Positions 7,847 to 18,263 of a DNA stretch of 64,000 nt are shown piece after piece. A program made the position numbers and the translations under genes. Below the pieces are notes generated by a model that saw only the letters and a program-made list of their open reading frames with translations, was not told the DNA's origin and ran no database searches. The first letter of the stretch is position 1. The number at the start of each line of letters is the position of its first letter. Source of the stretch: a virus (taxonomy: Duplodnaviria > Caudoviricetes); the IMG/VR virus record IMGVR_UViG_3300028586_000020, positions 15,149 to 79,148 of that record; one strand, written 5' to 3'.

Positions 7847-10405
7847 ATGTACCGAATTCTCTCTTTAACGCTAGAAGGTTGCCGGCGCTTGTTGGTTCCT
7901 GAGATCCGGAAAATCACCATCACTCCCCAGTCACCGATCCAACTGATCCTGGGCACCAACGGTTGCGGTAAGAGTTCGCTCATTGACTTACTCACCCCAC
8001 TGCCGGCTGAAAAAGAATCCTTTGTCAAAGGAGGCAGCAAAACCATCCATATCGAAAGCCACGGTCGTCACTATGTTTGCACGACCCGCGTTGAAAAGAG
8101 CGCTGAGCACAGTTTTGTAATGGAAGGTGAAGAACTCAATCCAGGCGGCACTGCCACCGTGCAGCTGGACTTGTGCAAGAAACACTTCAACGTTACCCTT
8201 GAATCTCACGAACTCATGAAGGGAAAGGTAAAGTTTACCGATCTCAAGCCTGCGGAGCGACGTGAGTGGATTATGTCGCTTTGTGAAGGCGACAATGAGT
8301 TTGCGTTAAACGCTTACGATAAAATCAGGCAGCACGCCAACTGGTTAACTGGCGCGCTGAAGATGAATCTCAAAAACCTCGGTAATGAAATTGCCAAGGT
8401 AATGTCAGAAGCTGAAGAAATCAAGTTAGAGCAAGAAGTCAACGCGCTGCGCTCAGAACTCCATATCTTGCAAGCTGAACGCATGCCGCTCGAACAGACG
8501 CCTAGTCAACACGCTAACGCGCGCGAACAAGCTCTGCGTACACTGCAAGAAGTATCGATGCGTTTGCTGCGTTTGAAAGTTGTCGCCCCTTACGAGTACG
8601 AATGCTGGTGGACGGATGTGGAACCAAACAAGCCACCACAACGTGCGCAGTTCCGTTCGCTCACAGAAGTGGATTACGAGATCGATCGTCTCAAGCACAT
8701 CGTCACGAGTAAAGAGACGACACTGGTGAACGTTAACGAGCAATACACCAAGCTGCAACACCAGCACGATGTATTGATCAAAACTGGCGCAGAAGGCGTG
8801 CAAAGCATCGACCGTCAACTGCAAGCGCTGCGCATCGAACGCACGAGTAAAGTCAATCGTCTGCGGCTGGGTTTACATTTCAGTGACGCCAGGAACGCAC
8901 ACCAAGCATTGGCTGCCATCGACACAGCCTTGGTGGATGTATTACGTAATCTACCAGAAAACAGTGACCGCCGGTATGGTCGTGCACAATACGAAACGTT
9001 GCAAAAAGAAATGGTAGTGGCAACGGAGCAGCTTAATTTGCAGGTTGAATTCCTGCACCGTCTGCGAGCGCAGAAAGACCACGCTGATTTGCATCGCGGT
9101 GAAAACAAGCATAGCTGTCCTTCGTGCCACCATAGCTGGGTCGTGGGTATTGACGAGAAACAATACGCGTTGATTGTGGCAGGCATCAAAGATGCGGATG
9201 CGAAGCTGGTGGCAATGCGAGAAAAGCACGCGGAGTTGATGAAGACGTTGGAAACCATCGAAGCGTATTTTGTTCAGTACCGCGAAGTGATGGCTTACAC
9301 GCGCAACATCGTGATCTTGCAACCGTTCTGGGATTACTTGTTGGATTCGAAGTTAATCTTGGAGTCACCCAACGAAGCGGTGAGCGCTGTACAACACCTG
9401 CAACGTGATTTGCTTGTCTCTATCGAAATCCAAGAAATCGAAGAAAAGCTAGAAGAACTGACGAAGCTGCGTGCGCAAGCAGAAGAAGTCGGCGACGCTA
9501 ACTTAACGGAAGTGCGTGCGCAAATGGATGCGGTGGCAGATAAGCTCGGCACACTCACCGCAGAACTCACCCATGTGCAACGCGCCGTCTCAGAGTACAG
9601 TGACTACCGACGTCAACTCAATACGGGCCTTCAGTTGGGCGAAGAACTTCACCGACAGTATAACCTGGCCGAGAAAGAGCAATACGGCTACGTCGAAGCG
9701 TTTCGTCGTGAAAGTATTCAACACTGCCTGCGGGAAGTGGAGAATGCCATGTCGCTCAAAGAAGAGTCGTTGCGGGCAGTAAAACGTCAGAAGGATCTGG
9801 TAACTGCGCTCAAGCAACAGATCGCGAAATTGGAAGTGCAAGAAGCTGCCGCAAAAGCGATGGTGAATACGTTGTCGCCTAAGAACGGGTTGATTGCCCA
9901 AGGACTGATGGGATTTGTGCGTGCCTTTGTGGGACAAATGAATACCTACATCAACCGTATCTGGCGTTATCCTCTGCAAATTATCCCTACTGGTTTTGAT
10001 GTAGAGAACAATGAGCAGACGGTGGATTTGGATTACAAGTTCAAACTCATCGTGGAACGGGAAAACAACATCATCAAAGATGTATCGTTGGGTAGTGAAG
10101 GGATTCAAGAAGTGGTGAACTTGGCGTTTGAGAGGATTGCTGCTAAGTACCTCAATCTCGCTGACGTGCCGCGCTTCTTGGATGAACGTGGTAAAGCATT
10201 TGATGACGAACACCGCAATGCGTTTACCGAAGCGATCAAGTGGGACATGGATAACACCAATTGCCCACAGCTTTTCATGATTAGCCACTATGCCGTAGGT
10301 CATTCTGCGTTTTCGAATGCCGAGGTGTGTGTTATCGATAACCGCAACGTGGTACTGGCATCCGACTTAACCTACAACAAGCACGTTAATATCGTGCATC
10401 TTTAA
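7847..10405 (+). CDS. sbcC: SbcC/Rad50-like SMC ATPase
   Basis: Walker A GTNGCGKS, long coiled coils with central CPSC zinc hook, signature-like SLGSEG, Walker B FLDERG, H-loop ISH. Confidence 0.92.
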   Translation: MYRILSLTLEGCRRLLVPEIRKITITPQSPIQLILGTNGCGKSSLIDLLTPLPAEKESFVKGGSKTIHIESHGRHYVCTTRVEKSAEHSFVMEGEELNPGGTATVQLDLCKKHFNVTLESHELMKGKVKFTDLKPAERREWIMSLCEGDNEFALNAYDKIRQHANWLTGALKMNLKNLGNEIAKVMSEAEEIKLEQEVNALRSELHILQAERMPLEQTPSQHANAREQALRTLQEVSMRLLRLKVVAPYEYECWWTDVEPNKPPQRAQFRSLTEVDYEIDRLKHIVTSKETTLVNVNEQYTKLQHQHDVLIKTGAEGVQSIDRQLQALRIERTSKVNRLRLGLHFSDARNAHQALAAIDTALVDVLRNLPENSDRRYGRAQYETLQKEMVVATEQLNLQVEFLHRLRAQKDHADLHRGENKHSCPSCHHSWVVGIDEKQYALIVAGIKDADAKLVAMREKHAELMKTLETIEAYFVQYREVMAYTRNIVILQPFWDYLLDSKLILESPNEAVSAVQHLQRDLLVSIEIQEIEEKLEELTKLRAQAEEVGDANLTEVRAQMDAVADKLGTLTAELTHVQRAVSEYSDYRRQLNTGLQLGEELHRQYNLAEKEQYGYVEAFRRESIQHCLREVENAMSLKEESLRAVKRQKDLVTALKQQIAKLEVQEAAAKAMVNTLSPKNGLIAQGLMGFVRAFVGQMNTYINRIWRYPLQIIPTGFDVENNEQTVDLDYKFKLIVERENNIIKDVSLGSEGIQEVVNLAFERIAAKYLNLADVPRFLDERGKAFDDEHRNAFTEAIKWDMDNTNCPQLFMISHYAVGHSAFSNAEVCVIDNRNVVLASDLTYNKHVNIVHL

Positions 10406-10420
10406 TCAAAAGGAAAACGC

Positions 10421-10816
10421 ATGAGTGCATTCTCGCAAGAAGTCGAAGCCTTCAAAACCCATCCACTGGAATACGCGCGGTTGACGGGTCGCACGACCAA
10501 TATGCTCAATGCTGCAAAAGCGGTCGCTGAAAGTGGGCGACCTGTCGTCGTTATTTTCAAAGACATGCGCACGGTCGAATCTTGGCAACGTAAATTCGGC
10601 AGCATCAAAAACATGTCGCTGATTCCGATGAAGGTGAAAATGCCGGAACTGGATTGGAATCAACTGAAAATCACCGAAGGTATCCATAAACACAGCCAGA
10701 CCTTCATCGATCACGATGTGATCTATCTGTACCATAAAGACCTGTTCAAAGCGTATCACGCTTATGACCGTCCAATGGATCACTCGCCTTACACCACACC
10801 ACAACAACCTGCGTAA
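10421..10816 (+). CDS. Hypothetical small alpha/beta protein with a P-loop-like RLTGRTT motif
   Basis: 131-aa ORF with AAGGA RBS, co-oriented with sbcC and ending at a hairpin. Confidence 0.6.
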   Translation: MSAFSQEVEAFKTHPLEYARLTGRTTNMLNAAKAVAESGRPVVVIFKDMRTVESWQRKFGSIKNMSLIPMKVKMPELDWNQLKITEGIHKHSQTFIDHDVIYLYHKDLFKAYHAYDRPMDHSPYTTPQQPA

Positions 10817-10826
10817 GGACTAAGCG

Positions 10827-10865
10827 CATACTCCCCCTACCCCGTAAAGGGTAGGGGGAGCTATG
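10827..10865. terminator. Bidirectional hairpin with CATA/CTATG flanks
   Basis: CTCCCCCTACCC...GGGTAGGGGGAG between convergent genes. Confidence 0.8.
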
Positions 10866-10868
10866 ACG

Positions 10869-12308
10869 TTACTTGAAATTACCTTGGGTTGCTTGCTCCA
10901 GATTCGATTCTTGACCGTAATCGATTACGGCGGAATTGATACGTTGCAGGGCGCGGAACAAATCATGGAACAGGGCGCGGTTACGTGCTTCTGCTGCCTG
11001 AATCGCATGGTTCAAATAATTCAGATACATACAGAACTCGTTGAGCTTTGGATTGCCGGACGTGTTCTTGCCTTTCGTTTGCGCTAACAAATGATCCATG
11101 GCGCGTCGAATGTCATTCGATTGATTGACATGCTCTTGCATTGCACGCATCGTTCTGTCAGAGGTGGAAAAGTTCTCCATCCAATCTAAAATCGCATCCA
11201 TGGCTGGCTTCACGTTGCCCTGACTAATCACAGGCACGGTCGCGTTCGGTGGGGTGGTCATATCCGACACCTTCACTTCAAACTTGATCCGACGCAGCGT
11301 TATGAGTTTCTGCTGTAAAGCGAAGACACTCTTAGGACCGCCTGCTTGCGGATCGTAGCTGTATGCCTTGATGTGGAAATCGCCGATGAATTCTTCTTTC
11401 GGCCACGATTCTTGGATACCACCGCCAGCGTTAGGTGGAAAGCCCAGCTTACGCAACACCTTGATCGAATTGTCGCAATAGTTGTCAACGAATTCGTCCA
11501 GAACCGTGGCTGCATTGTCTTGATTGAGCTTTTTGAGCATCTCCAAGATCATATCACCTGATTCCAAGAAAGAATCGGAAAGACTATTAAACATCGTCGA
11601 AGCGAAGTGGTGCAAACGCTTGACTTCAGCCGCCAGTTTATCCGCAGGCACTTTGCCGTTAGGCATGGAGATCAAAGCTAGGTCCAGGGTATGATGTTTA
11701 AACTTAAACGTACCGTCGGACTTAGGTTTCTCTACGTGGACTGGGGCCGCAACCGGCTCAGGCGCTGCCGCGGTAGGCGCTATAATGGCTGCGGGTTCTG
11801 GCGTCGGTGCGGCTTTCGGAAGATGCTTAATCGATTCCTCGATTTTCTTCTCCCCCTCGATGACTTTCTTTGCCTTCACCACCATCGCTTGGTCTTTCAT
11901 CTTGCTTTTGCCGAAGAAGTCTTTAATGCTTTGCCACATCTTCGTGAGGTACGCTTTGATGGCTTCCCACATCTTGCTCAATTGCTCGATGACGGTATTG
12001 ACAAATCCTTCTGTTGACACACCAGCCGTGATCGCGCTAGCGACCTGATCAGGATTGACATCGGTGCCAGCCGTTGCCATGTCGCCCAACGCATCGATCA
12101 GCTCACGCTCTACTTCGCCGACTTCTGGCACTTGCGCGATGACGCTTTGTACGTCAGTGATGATTTCTTGGGTATCACCCACACGATCAAAATCCGCATC
12201 GAGTTCCACCAACGCATTGCTGGTCTGATTCTGGTCATCGGTCAGGATGGCTTCTTCCTCTACCGACAACGTCGGAATATGTACTACAGGTTTCAAATGA
12301 CGTTGCAT
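10869..12308 (-). CDS. Internal head (inner-body/ejection) protein of the phiKZ paralogue family
   Basis: Acidic propeptide-like N-terminus, then VSTEGF (S-X-E prohead-protease site) followed by the amphipathic helix KMWEAIKAYLTKMWQSIKDFF typical of this family. Confidence 0.75.
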   Translation of the reverse strand: MQRHLKPVVHIPTLSVEEEAILTDDQNQTSNALVELDADFDRVGDTQEIITDVQSVIAQVPEVGEVERELIDALGDMATAGTDVNPDQVASAITAGVSTEGFVNTVIEQLSKMWEAIKAYLTKMWQSIKDFFGKSKMKDQAMVVKAKKVIEGEKKIEESIKHLPKAAPTPEPAAIIAPTAAAPEPVAAPVHVEKPKSDGTFKFKHHTLDLALISMPNGKVPADKLAAEVKRLHHFASTMFNSLSDSFLESGDMILEMLKKLNQDNAATVLDEFVDNYCDNSIKVLRKLGFPPNAGGGIQESWPKEEFIGDFHIKAYSYDPQAGGPKSVFALQQKLITLRRIKFEVKVSDMTTPPNATVPVISQGNVKPAMDAILDWMENFSTSDRTMRAMQEHVNQSNDIRRAMDHLLAQTKGKNTSGNPKLNEFCMYLNYLNHAIQAAEARNRALFHDLFRALQRINSAVIDYGQESNLEQATQGNFK

Positions 12309-12314
12309 GATTGA

Positions 12315-12947
12315 TTAAGGGGTTGGAAGTTGATTGGCAAGTACAAAGGCTTCTAGATCACTGTACTTCATTTGGAGCGCATGCAAATCTTCAAGCGCTA
12401 CTCGTAGTTTGGCACCATCGGTTACGATGTTTTCCATGACGGCACGCCGCGCCGCTTCGATGGCTGCCGAGTCTTCAATGGAGATGCTCGTCAAGCGAGA
12501 GGCGAGCATTGCCCGCACTTGCGGGGTTTGGATGCCCAGTAAGTCATGGGCCAACTCGCCCACTTTGGACATGAAATACGACAAACTCAAGTCTTGTGGT
12601 AACGCGCCGAGGTTTACCGTGACGAACATGGTGCCGTAAGGCACGCCTGTAGCCACAGGCAACGATTCCAGATAGCTGTTGGGAACTTGGACAGGTTCGC
12701 CATCCGAGGCGCGGAACGTGACGATACAGACCTTGTTTGCCAAATCTTCACGGTACTTCTCCAGCGGGATTTCAAACGGCTCGTAGTAGAGCGCGTAAGG
12801 ATCTTGACCAGTGCCGGCCGTGGCTTCTAAGGTTTGTAAGCTAATGACTTCGTAGGGGACGTTTTCAGCACAAAGACCCGCGAACGGCTCTTTGAGCTTA
12901 ATCACCCCCGACGAACCAATGCTGGGTTGAATGTAGAGGGTTGCCAT
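12315..12947 (-). CDS. Conserved virion structural protein
   Basis: 210-aa ORF tightly packed in the minus-strand structural operon. Confidence 0.6.
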   Translation of the reverse strand: MATLYIQPSIGSSGVIKLKEPFAGLCAENVPYEVISLQTLEATAGTGQDPYALYYEPFEIPLEKYREDLANKVCIVTFRASDGEPVQVPNSYLESLPVATGVPYGTMFVTVNLGALPQDLSLSYFMSKVGELAHDLLGIQTPQVRAMLASRLTSISIEDSAAIEAARRAVMENIVTDGAKLRVALEDLHALQMKYSDLEAFVLANQLPTP

Positions 12948-12950
12948 GAA

Positions 12951-14255
12951 TTAGCTCAGATTCTTTTTGGCCACAACCAAGTAGTTGACGTTCTTGTAAC
13001 TGCGCGCCAGGTACAAGATCCCATCACGACGCACCTTCATCATATCCGTCGGGATGGTCGTGTATTCACTTGCCGATTCCGCCGCAAACAACATGCGTTC
13101 GATGATGAAGGCCCAGTCGAGCGTATCTTTACTCATGCGATTCGATTCCACAGCAGTCGTGGCGACCGCGATGTAATCCTTGAACATTTCGTTGAGCTTG
13201 TAGACACCGTTACGGTTATCTGGCGAACCAATGGCCAAAATGGCCACCGAACGATACGGGTGCGTGAAGGTGACCAGGTTCGAATCAATATGAGCTTGCG
13301 GGTATTGCTGCGCAAATTGCTTCATCTTGGCCGCTGCGCTCGCATATTGGACGAAAGGCGAATAGATCCCGGTGGCCAATTCGCGGTTGGGAATAGCGTA
13401 TTGGTCTTCGAGGGGCAGTAAGATAAACTCGGTGCGCTTGAAGATGTCGGGGAAGATCTTGATCCAATCATCACGGGTGTGGGCGGTGTTGGCCAGGATA
13501 TAACCCATCAAGGCATCTTTGATCGAATCGACGTTGTCGCCAGCAGGACCATAGATCAACACGCTCCAGTCGGTTGGGATCAGGTGATTGGAGTTTAACG
13601 GATCGATGAAGTTGTAGGTATGGGTGCGGGTAATGGTATCGGGGTATTTGCTTTTGGCCAGTTGGATGCGGTCCATTGTTTCCGAACTCGTCAACGCTTT
13701 GACCAGCAGTTCGACTTCGCTACCGGGCTTGAAGAAATTGTCCAGCACAGTAAACGGCGGCACGACGTAGATTTCATACTCGTCGTATTGTTGCTGGAAG
13801 CTGTTGTCGATAAACCACACTTTGAGGAAGTTCTCTTTGTGGCCATTGTCGGTCAAGCATTTCCACGAGACCCATTCAGGCAACGTATACACGCCATCGG
13901 AAACCATGTTGCCGCATACGAAATCGCTGGCTTTGCCAACGAAATTGGTCAGCAGGTTTTCCAGCAGCACAGTCGGCGGGATGTCCAGTTGGCCGCCAAG
14001 AGTTTGATTGTAGACGAAGTTAGAAACTTCGAGCGTTTGTTCTGCAATCGTCGATGGTACGGGAATGGCGGTGTCGTCATCTTTCGAAATGAACGACATC
14101 AGTGTCAGGTTGGGCGCGGTAACTTTGTTACTGTAAATACCTTTCTCCCGCGAGAAGGTAGCGCCATAAGGGGACAGCTCACCCAGCTTGGCAACGACAC
14201 CTGGCGTGTTGTTAGCGAAGGTGGTGTTAATGATAAAGCTCTTCAGTACGTACAT
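12951..14255 (-). CDS. Conserved virion structural protein
   Basis: Long ORF. The likely start is ATG 14255 (MYVLKSF) after a CAGGAG RBS, not the ORF-track start at 14441. Confidence 0.65.
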   Translation of the reverse strand: MYVLKSFIINTTFANNTPGVVAKLGELSPYGATFSREKGIYSNKVTAPNLTLMSFISKDDDTAIPVPSTIAEQTLEVSNFVYNQTLGGQLDIPPTVLLENLLTNFVGKASDFVCGNMVSDGVYTLPEWVSWKCLTDNGHKENFLKVWFIDNSFQQQYDEYEIYVVPPFTVLDNFFKPGSEVELLVKALTSSETMDRIQLAKSKYPDTITRTHTYNFIDPLNSNHLIPTDWSVLIYGPAGDNVDSIKDALMGYILANTAHTRDDWIKIFPDIFKRTEFILLPLEDQYAIPNRELATGIYSPFVQYASAAAKMKQFAQQYPQAHIDSNLVTFTHPYRSVAILAIGSPDNRNGVYKLNEMFKDYIAVATTAVESNRMSKDTLDWAFIIERMLFAAESASEYTTIPTDMMKVRRDGILYLARSYKNVNYLVVAKKNLS

Positions 14256-14351
14256 CGAATTCTCCTGCCGCGCTGGCTTGGGTGAAGAGATAAAAGGAGA
14301 CCGCGTTACAATGGTCTTATGTCTATAAAATAACTTAAAAAGGAATGAAGG

Positions 14352-14801
14352 ATGTCTTTCTTTATGGTGGTATTTAAGGTCATTCCTTACATCGTGCCGT
14401 TTCTCAAAGAAATGATTATTGGCAAGAAGACGTGGCGCCAAGCATTTAAAGAGAATCGCGGGAAAACCATGTTGGGGTTTGTGTTGGTGATCTCGTTGGT
14501 GTTTAACGTGGTGTTAACTGCGAAGGTCGGTAATTTGGCCTTTAAGTATCTGCATCTTTCGCGTGCCAAAGAAGAATTGGAACAGCGGGTCAAAACGCAG
14601 ACCAACAACACGGATCACATCGAAGGATCGACCCGTCACCCGATCGTCAACAACACGGAAATTGCCGCAGAAGTGCAAAAGAAACCCAAACCGACGCTGG
14701 CGAAAGAAGGCGTTACCGTCAAGCCAGCCAAAGTGTTGGATGACGAAGTACGCGCTGACTTAGAACGCATGCGGCAACGTGAAGCGTCTTCAGAACGTTA
14801 A
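14352..14801 (+). CDS. Membrane protein, candidate i-spanin (or holin)
   Basis: Hydrophobic segment MLGFVLVISLVFNVVLTA followed by charged helical segments; directly upstream of a lipoprotein gene. Confidence 0.5.
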   Translation: MSFFMVVFKVIPYIVPFLKEMIIGKKTWRQAFKENRGKTMLGFVLVISLVFNVVLTAKVGNLAFKYLHLSRAKEELEQRVKTQTNNTDHIEGSTRHPIVNNTEIAAEVQKKPKPTLAKEGVTVKPAKVLDDEVRADLERMRQREASSER

Positions 14802-14826
14802 TCTTTTTACTTAAGGAGAAGTGTCC

Positions 14827-15252
14827 ATGCAACGCAAAACACACATCGTGATCGCCTCGATCATTTTCGTTTTGGGTGGTTGTGGTAGTTTCAATAACAG
14901 TTTCAATACTTACCCGCCGCCCATTCCCAAAGAAAGTCCCATGGAAATGAGTTCGGTGGTGATGGAGCCCGATGAAGACGTCACGGCGCCGGCGATCATC
15001 CCGATCAAGATCGCTCCTAAAGCGACAGAGAACGTTTCCAAGCCCTGTTCGGTTTCTCCGTATCCAACACCAGGTAAATTCCCTGAACTCCCCATCAAGG
15101 CTGCGCAAGGGGCTGAAGGGGACCCTTACGCTTTAGAACGTATCTGGCGCAAGCACGTCGATGAACTGCGCTCGTATATTAGCGAGCGACGACGGTTGCA
15201 GCGGGAAGCGCGTGAAACATTTACGGAAAAGTGCGAGACCGTGGGCAAATAG
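14827..15252 (+). CDS. Lipoprotein, candidate o-spanin
   Basis: Signal peptide with lipobox MQRKTHIVIASIIFV-LGGC; Pro-rich mature region with two further Cys; AAGGAG RBS. Confidence 0.6.
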   Translation: MQRKTHIVIASIIFVLGGCGSFNNSFNTYPPPIPKESPMEMSSVVMEPDEDVTAPAIIPIKIAPKATENVSKPCSVSPYPTPGKFPELPIKAAQGAEGDPYALERIWRKHVDELRSYISERRRLQREARETFTEKCETVGK

Positions 15253-15335
15253 GAAAAGATTGACAGAAGGGGATTTTTATCCCGGTATGTCATCCTTTAG
15301 ACCAGCACGATCTCACAAACACTTTTCCTTAACGG

Positions 15336-16862
15336 ATGGATGTAATGTCAAAGAAAAAAGAAGTTATTGCCAAAGAACCTGGCATGAAAGGGGCAGTTCT
15401 ATTCGCTGATGGTAGCGCGCGTCCCAATCCAGGTTTTGCAGGATGGGGTTTGCATGGCTATATTTACGAAGCTGTCGAACCAACCAAGGGCACGGGCAAT
15501 CCCGACTACGTCCTGACCGAAAACGATTACCTCACCAAAACAGTGAAGGCAACGGTGCCTGACGTCAAACTCGTTACCCCCCTCCATTACGTCGACGGTT
15601 ACGGCGGCGTGCCGATGAGTCTGGCGGCCGATAGTCGTGGCACCAGTAATAACCAAGGCGAACTGATGGGTGCGATTGAAGCGCTGAAGTTTGCCTTGGA
15701 ACACGATTTACAAAAAGTACGGATTTGGACCGACAGCCAATACGTGGTGACCAACATCGGCAATGCGGCAAACTGGCAGCGTCAAGGCTGGCGCCTCTCT
15801 AGCGGTGAAGAAGCCAAGAACGTTCCGCTTTGGAAAGAGTTCTTGGCGTTCTACGAATTGGTCAAAGCCAAGAACATGGACTTTGCCATTAGCTGGACCA
15901 GAGGACACGCGGGCAACTACGGCAATGAAATTGTCGACGGGTTGGCGTTTGTTGGAATGCGTCACGCGACCCATGGGATTTTCGAAAGCAAGGTCACGTT
16001 AAGTCCTCCGGACGGGTATTGGAAATACGAAGCGAACCGCCATCCGTTTATCGGCCATCGGCGCATGTATTACAACACCTTGATGGATGCGAATCTGCCT
16101 GGTGAATACTGTCTGGGCGAGCATGACAAGGACGACGACCTCGCCGGCAAACGTCAAGCCAACGGCGCGTATGCGTATGTGCGTTTGGACCAACCTGAGA
16201 ACGTGTTGGAGAAGGTGCGCCAACATAGCTGCAAACTCGCAGCTGGTCAAGACACGGTGATGATTGCGCGGGTGGACTATATTTACCGCGCTGAAGTCCA
16301 TGAATATCTGGACTCGTATGGCGACGTAGTAATGAACAATCCGCCCGATGCCAAATCCCGCCTCGACGCAGTCATTCGCAACAAGAAAGAACCAGTGACA
16401 ACCGAACACTGGCCACCTTTGTTAATTGGTCGCGCCGTTCAGGAATTGATGCAACTCAAAGACATTCTGGACGACTATTTAAAGGATGAGCCGTCGATGG
16501 TTACGACGGACCTGACTCCTTTAATTTATGAGTCAATTGTGGAAACCAGTAAGAAAGGTGAAGAGAAACACTTTACCAAGCTGCGTCCTGAATTCATCGT
16601 TGGGACGTCAAAAATGGAAGCGAACGTAAATTACCGCCATCCAGACGGTACCGTTCGTCAGGTCAACATCAACCTCCTTTTGGGGCTGGATTTACTGGAT
16701 CGCAATGCGTTACGCCGACTCGAAGATCTGGAACCGGAAGTTCGTCTAGTGACCTGGCCGGAAGAGCCACAAGCCTTCCGATTTGCAACCATCATCAAAG
16801 TGAAGGGCGCAGTAGGGATCTGGGCGGGCACGTATAGTAACCACCGCTTAATCCTCAACTAG
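15336..16862 (+). CDS. rnhA: Ribonuclease HI with C-terminal extension (phiKZ gp155-like)
   Basis: FADGSARPNPG.AGWG, SNNQGELMGAI, IWTDSQYV, WTRGHAGNYGNEIVDGLA catalytic motifs. Confidence 0.93.
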   Translation: MDVMSKKKEVIAKEPGMKGAVLFADGSARPNPGFAGWGLHGYIYEAVEPTKGTGNPDYVLTENDYLTKTVKATVPDVKLVTPLHYVDGYGGVPMSLAADSRGTSNNQGELMGAIEALKFALEHDLQKVRIWTDSQYVVTNIGNAANWQRQGWRLSSGEEAKNVPLWKEFLAFYELVKAKNMDFAISWTRGHAGNYGNEIVDGLAFVGMRHATHGIFESKVTLSPPDGYWKYEANRHPFIGHRRMYYNTLMDANLPGEYCLGEHDKDDDLAGKRQANGAYAYVRLDQPENVLEKVRQHSCKLAAGQDTVMIARVDYIYRAEVHEYLDSYGDVVMNNPPDAKSRLDAVIRNKKEPVTTEHWPPLLIGRAVQELMQLKDILDDYLKDEPSMVTTDLTPLIYESIVETSKKGEEKHFTKLRPEFIVGTSKMEANVNYRHPDGTVRQVNINLLLGLDLLDRNALRRLEDLEPEVRLVTWPEEPQAFRFATIIKVKGAVGIWAGTYSNHRLILN

Positions 16863-16909
16863 AAGGAGCAAGCATCACCAAGACGGGATTGATCCCAAGG
16901 AGTCTAACC

Positions 16910-17311
16910 ATGCTCAGGCATTTTGTCAGCAAAGTTGTAAACGAACGGTTGCCGACCAAAACCAAGCGGCAATTCTTTTTGATGTCGTTTGCAGCACTGC
17001 TGATTGGCGCGACGACGTTTGACAAAGAGACTTTTAAGAAACTGAACCGGGTTTTGGTATTATCAGAATCCGGCGAATCAGCTTTGGCTGTTCCTTTGAT
17101 CCTTTCGAAGGTGATCTGGAATGGCAAGACCTCGTACGAAGTCTGTCAAGAAGATGTCAAGGAAGGTACGTTCAGCGCCGCCCGCATCTCTTCGGTTGTC
17201 GCCAACATTTTGAACAGTATGCCCAAGTGTCTGCATTACGGCAACACAGAAGACATCGAGAAAGATGTTGGTGTCATCTTGAAAGACCGCATCGAACTGT
17301 TAGGCGCCTAA
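16910..17311 (+). CDS. Conserved hypothetical protein
   Basis: ORF with AGGAG RBS before ATG 16910; ends before a hairpin. Confidence 0.6.
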   Translation: MLRHFVSKVVNERLPTKTKRQFFLMSFAALLIGATTFDKETFKKLNRVLVLSESGESALAVPLILSKVIWNGKTSYEVCQEDVKEGTFSAARISSVVANILNSMPKCLHYGNTEDIEKDVGVILKDRIELLGA

Positions 17312-17330
17312 TCTGCGCACCCCCGAACGT

Positions 17331-17375
17331 CATAAGCCCACCTGCTCCCTAATCGGAAGCAGGTGGGGACTTATG
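17331..17375. terminator. Bidirectional hairpin with CATAAG/CTTATG flanks
   Basis: CCCACCTGCT...AGCAGGTGGG stem between convergent genes. Confidence 0.75.
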
Positions 17376-17378
17376 CCT

Positions 17379-18263
17379 TTACTTGGCTTTGTCGTTCTCT
17401 TTCAGGATCGCGCTGACTTTGTTCATGGTGTCGCCGACGGCGGTATTGATCGTCATCGTACGGAAGTAGGTCGCAGCAAAGAATTCCAATTCAGCACCGG
17501 ATTGGTAAGCACCCGCGGCGAGATTGTTGGTCACTTCAGGACCAGCGCCTTCGAACTCGTTGTTTTTGATCTGCTTGATGATCGTACCGAGTTGGGTGTT
17601 GCATTCTTCAGCTTTCTTGTGCAGCGCACTGCGATCGATCGTATTGACCAGGTGATCGATTTCGGTCAGGAGCTTGAATACTTCGGTCCAGTCGCCGTTA
17701 CGGTCGACGACATCGCCGTACGTGCGCTCAGCGCGCGAGGAACCGGGTTTAAAGCACTTTGCAGCGCGTTTGTTCAGTTCGGTGCGGGTCTTCTCCATCT
17801 TCGCGTACAACGCGTCGTGGGGCATCGTGGTGACCTTCAGTTGGCGGTTGGTGATGATCTGCGCCAGGTACACCGAATACTCATTTAACGTTTTGAGGGT
17901 CGTGCTGTGGCAATGCAGGACCAGATCACGCACCACCATCAGGTACTCGATATACGACGCTTCGAGACCTTCCGGAACATATGCCAGCAGTGGAGAAAGA
18001 TTGAGGTAAACCCGCCCATCAATCGTGCGCAGGAATTCACGTTCGTTGCTTTTGAGCTGCACCGCCGGGTTGTCGGATTTGAAGAAACCAGCCACGGTGA
18101 AGTTGTTGATGTAATCTTGGAAGTTCTTCTGCAAACTTGGGATCAGGTTTTGCAGCGAGTTGACGATCCCCGACACCGAGAATGTTTCGTGGCTGATCAT
18201 CCCACGCAGGTGCTCCATCTCTTGGAGCGGATCGAGGGTCAGAATGGGTTGATTGATTTTCAT
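17379..18263 (-). CDS. Probable virion head protein
   Basis: Likely start ATG 18263 (MKINQPIL). Mostly helical; S-H-E candidate processing site near the N-terminus; adjacent to uvsX. Confidence 0.6.
   Translation of the reverse strand: MKINQPILTLDPLQEMEHLRGMISHETFSVSGIVNSLQNLIPSLQKNFQDYINNFTVAGFFKSDNPAVQLKSNEREFLRTIDGRVYLNLSPLLAYVPEGLEASYIEYLMVVRDLVLHCHSTTLKTLNEYSVYLAQIITNRQLKVTTMPHDALYAKMEKTRTELNKRAAKCFKPGSSRAERTYGDVVDRNGDWTEVFKLLTEIDHLVNTIDRSALHKKAEECNTQLGTIIKQIKNNEFEGAGPEVTNNLAAGAYQSGAELEFFAATYFRTMTINTAVGDTMNKVSAILKENDKAK

Noticed and set aside
12951-14441. ORF-track long starts (14441, and similarly 4483, 18368, 61033, 20899)
   Set aside because: The extensions overlap divergent genes or intergenic regulatory DNA. 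For 14441, 4483 and 61033 a downstream ATG has a better RBS; for 18368 and 20899 the alternative start is chosen on protein plausibility.
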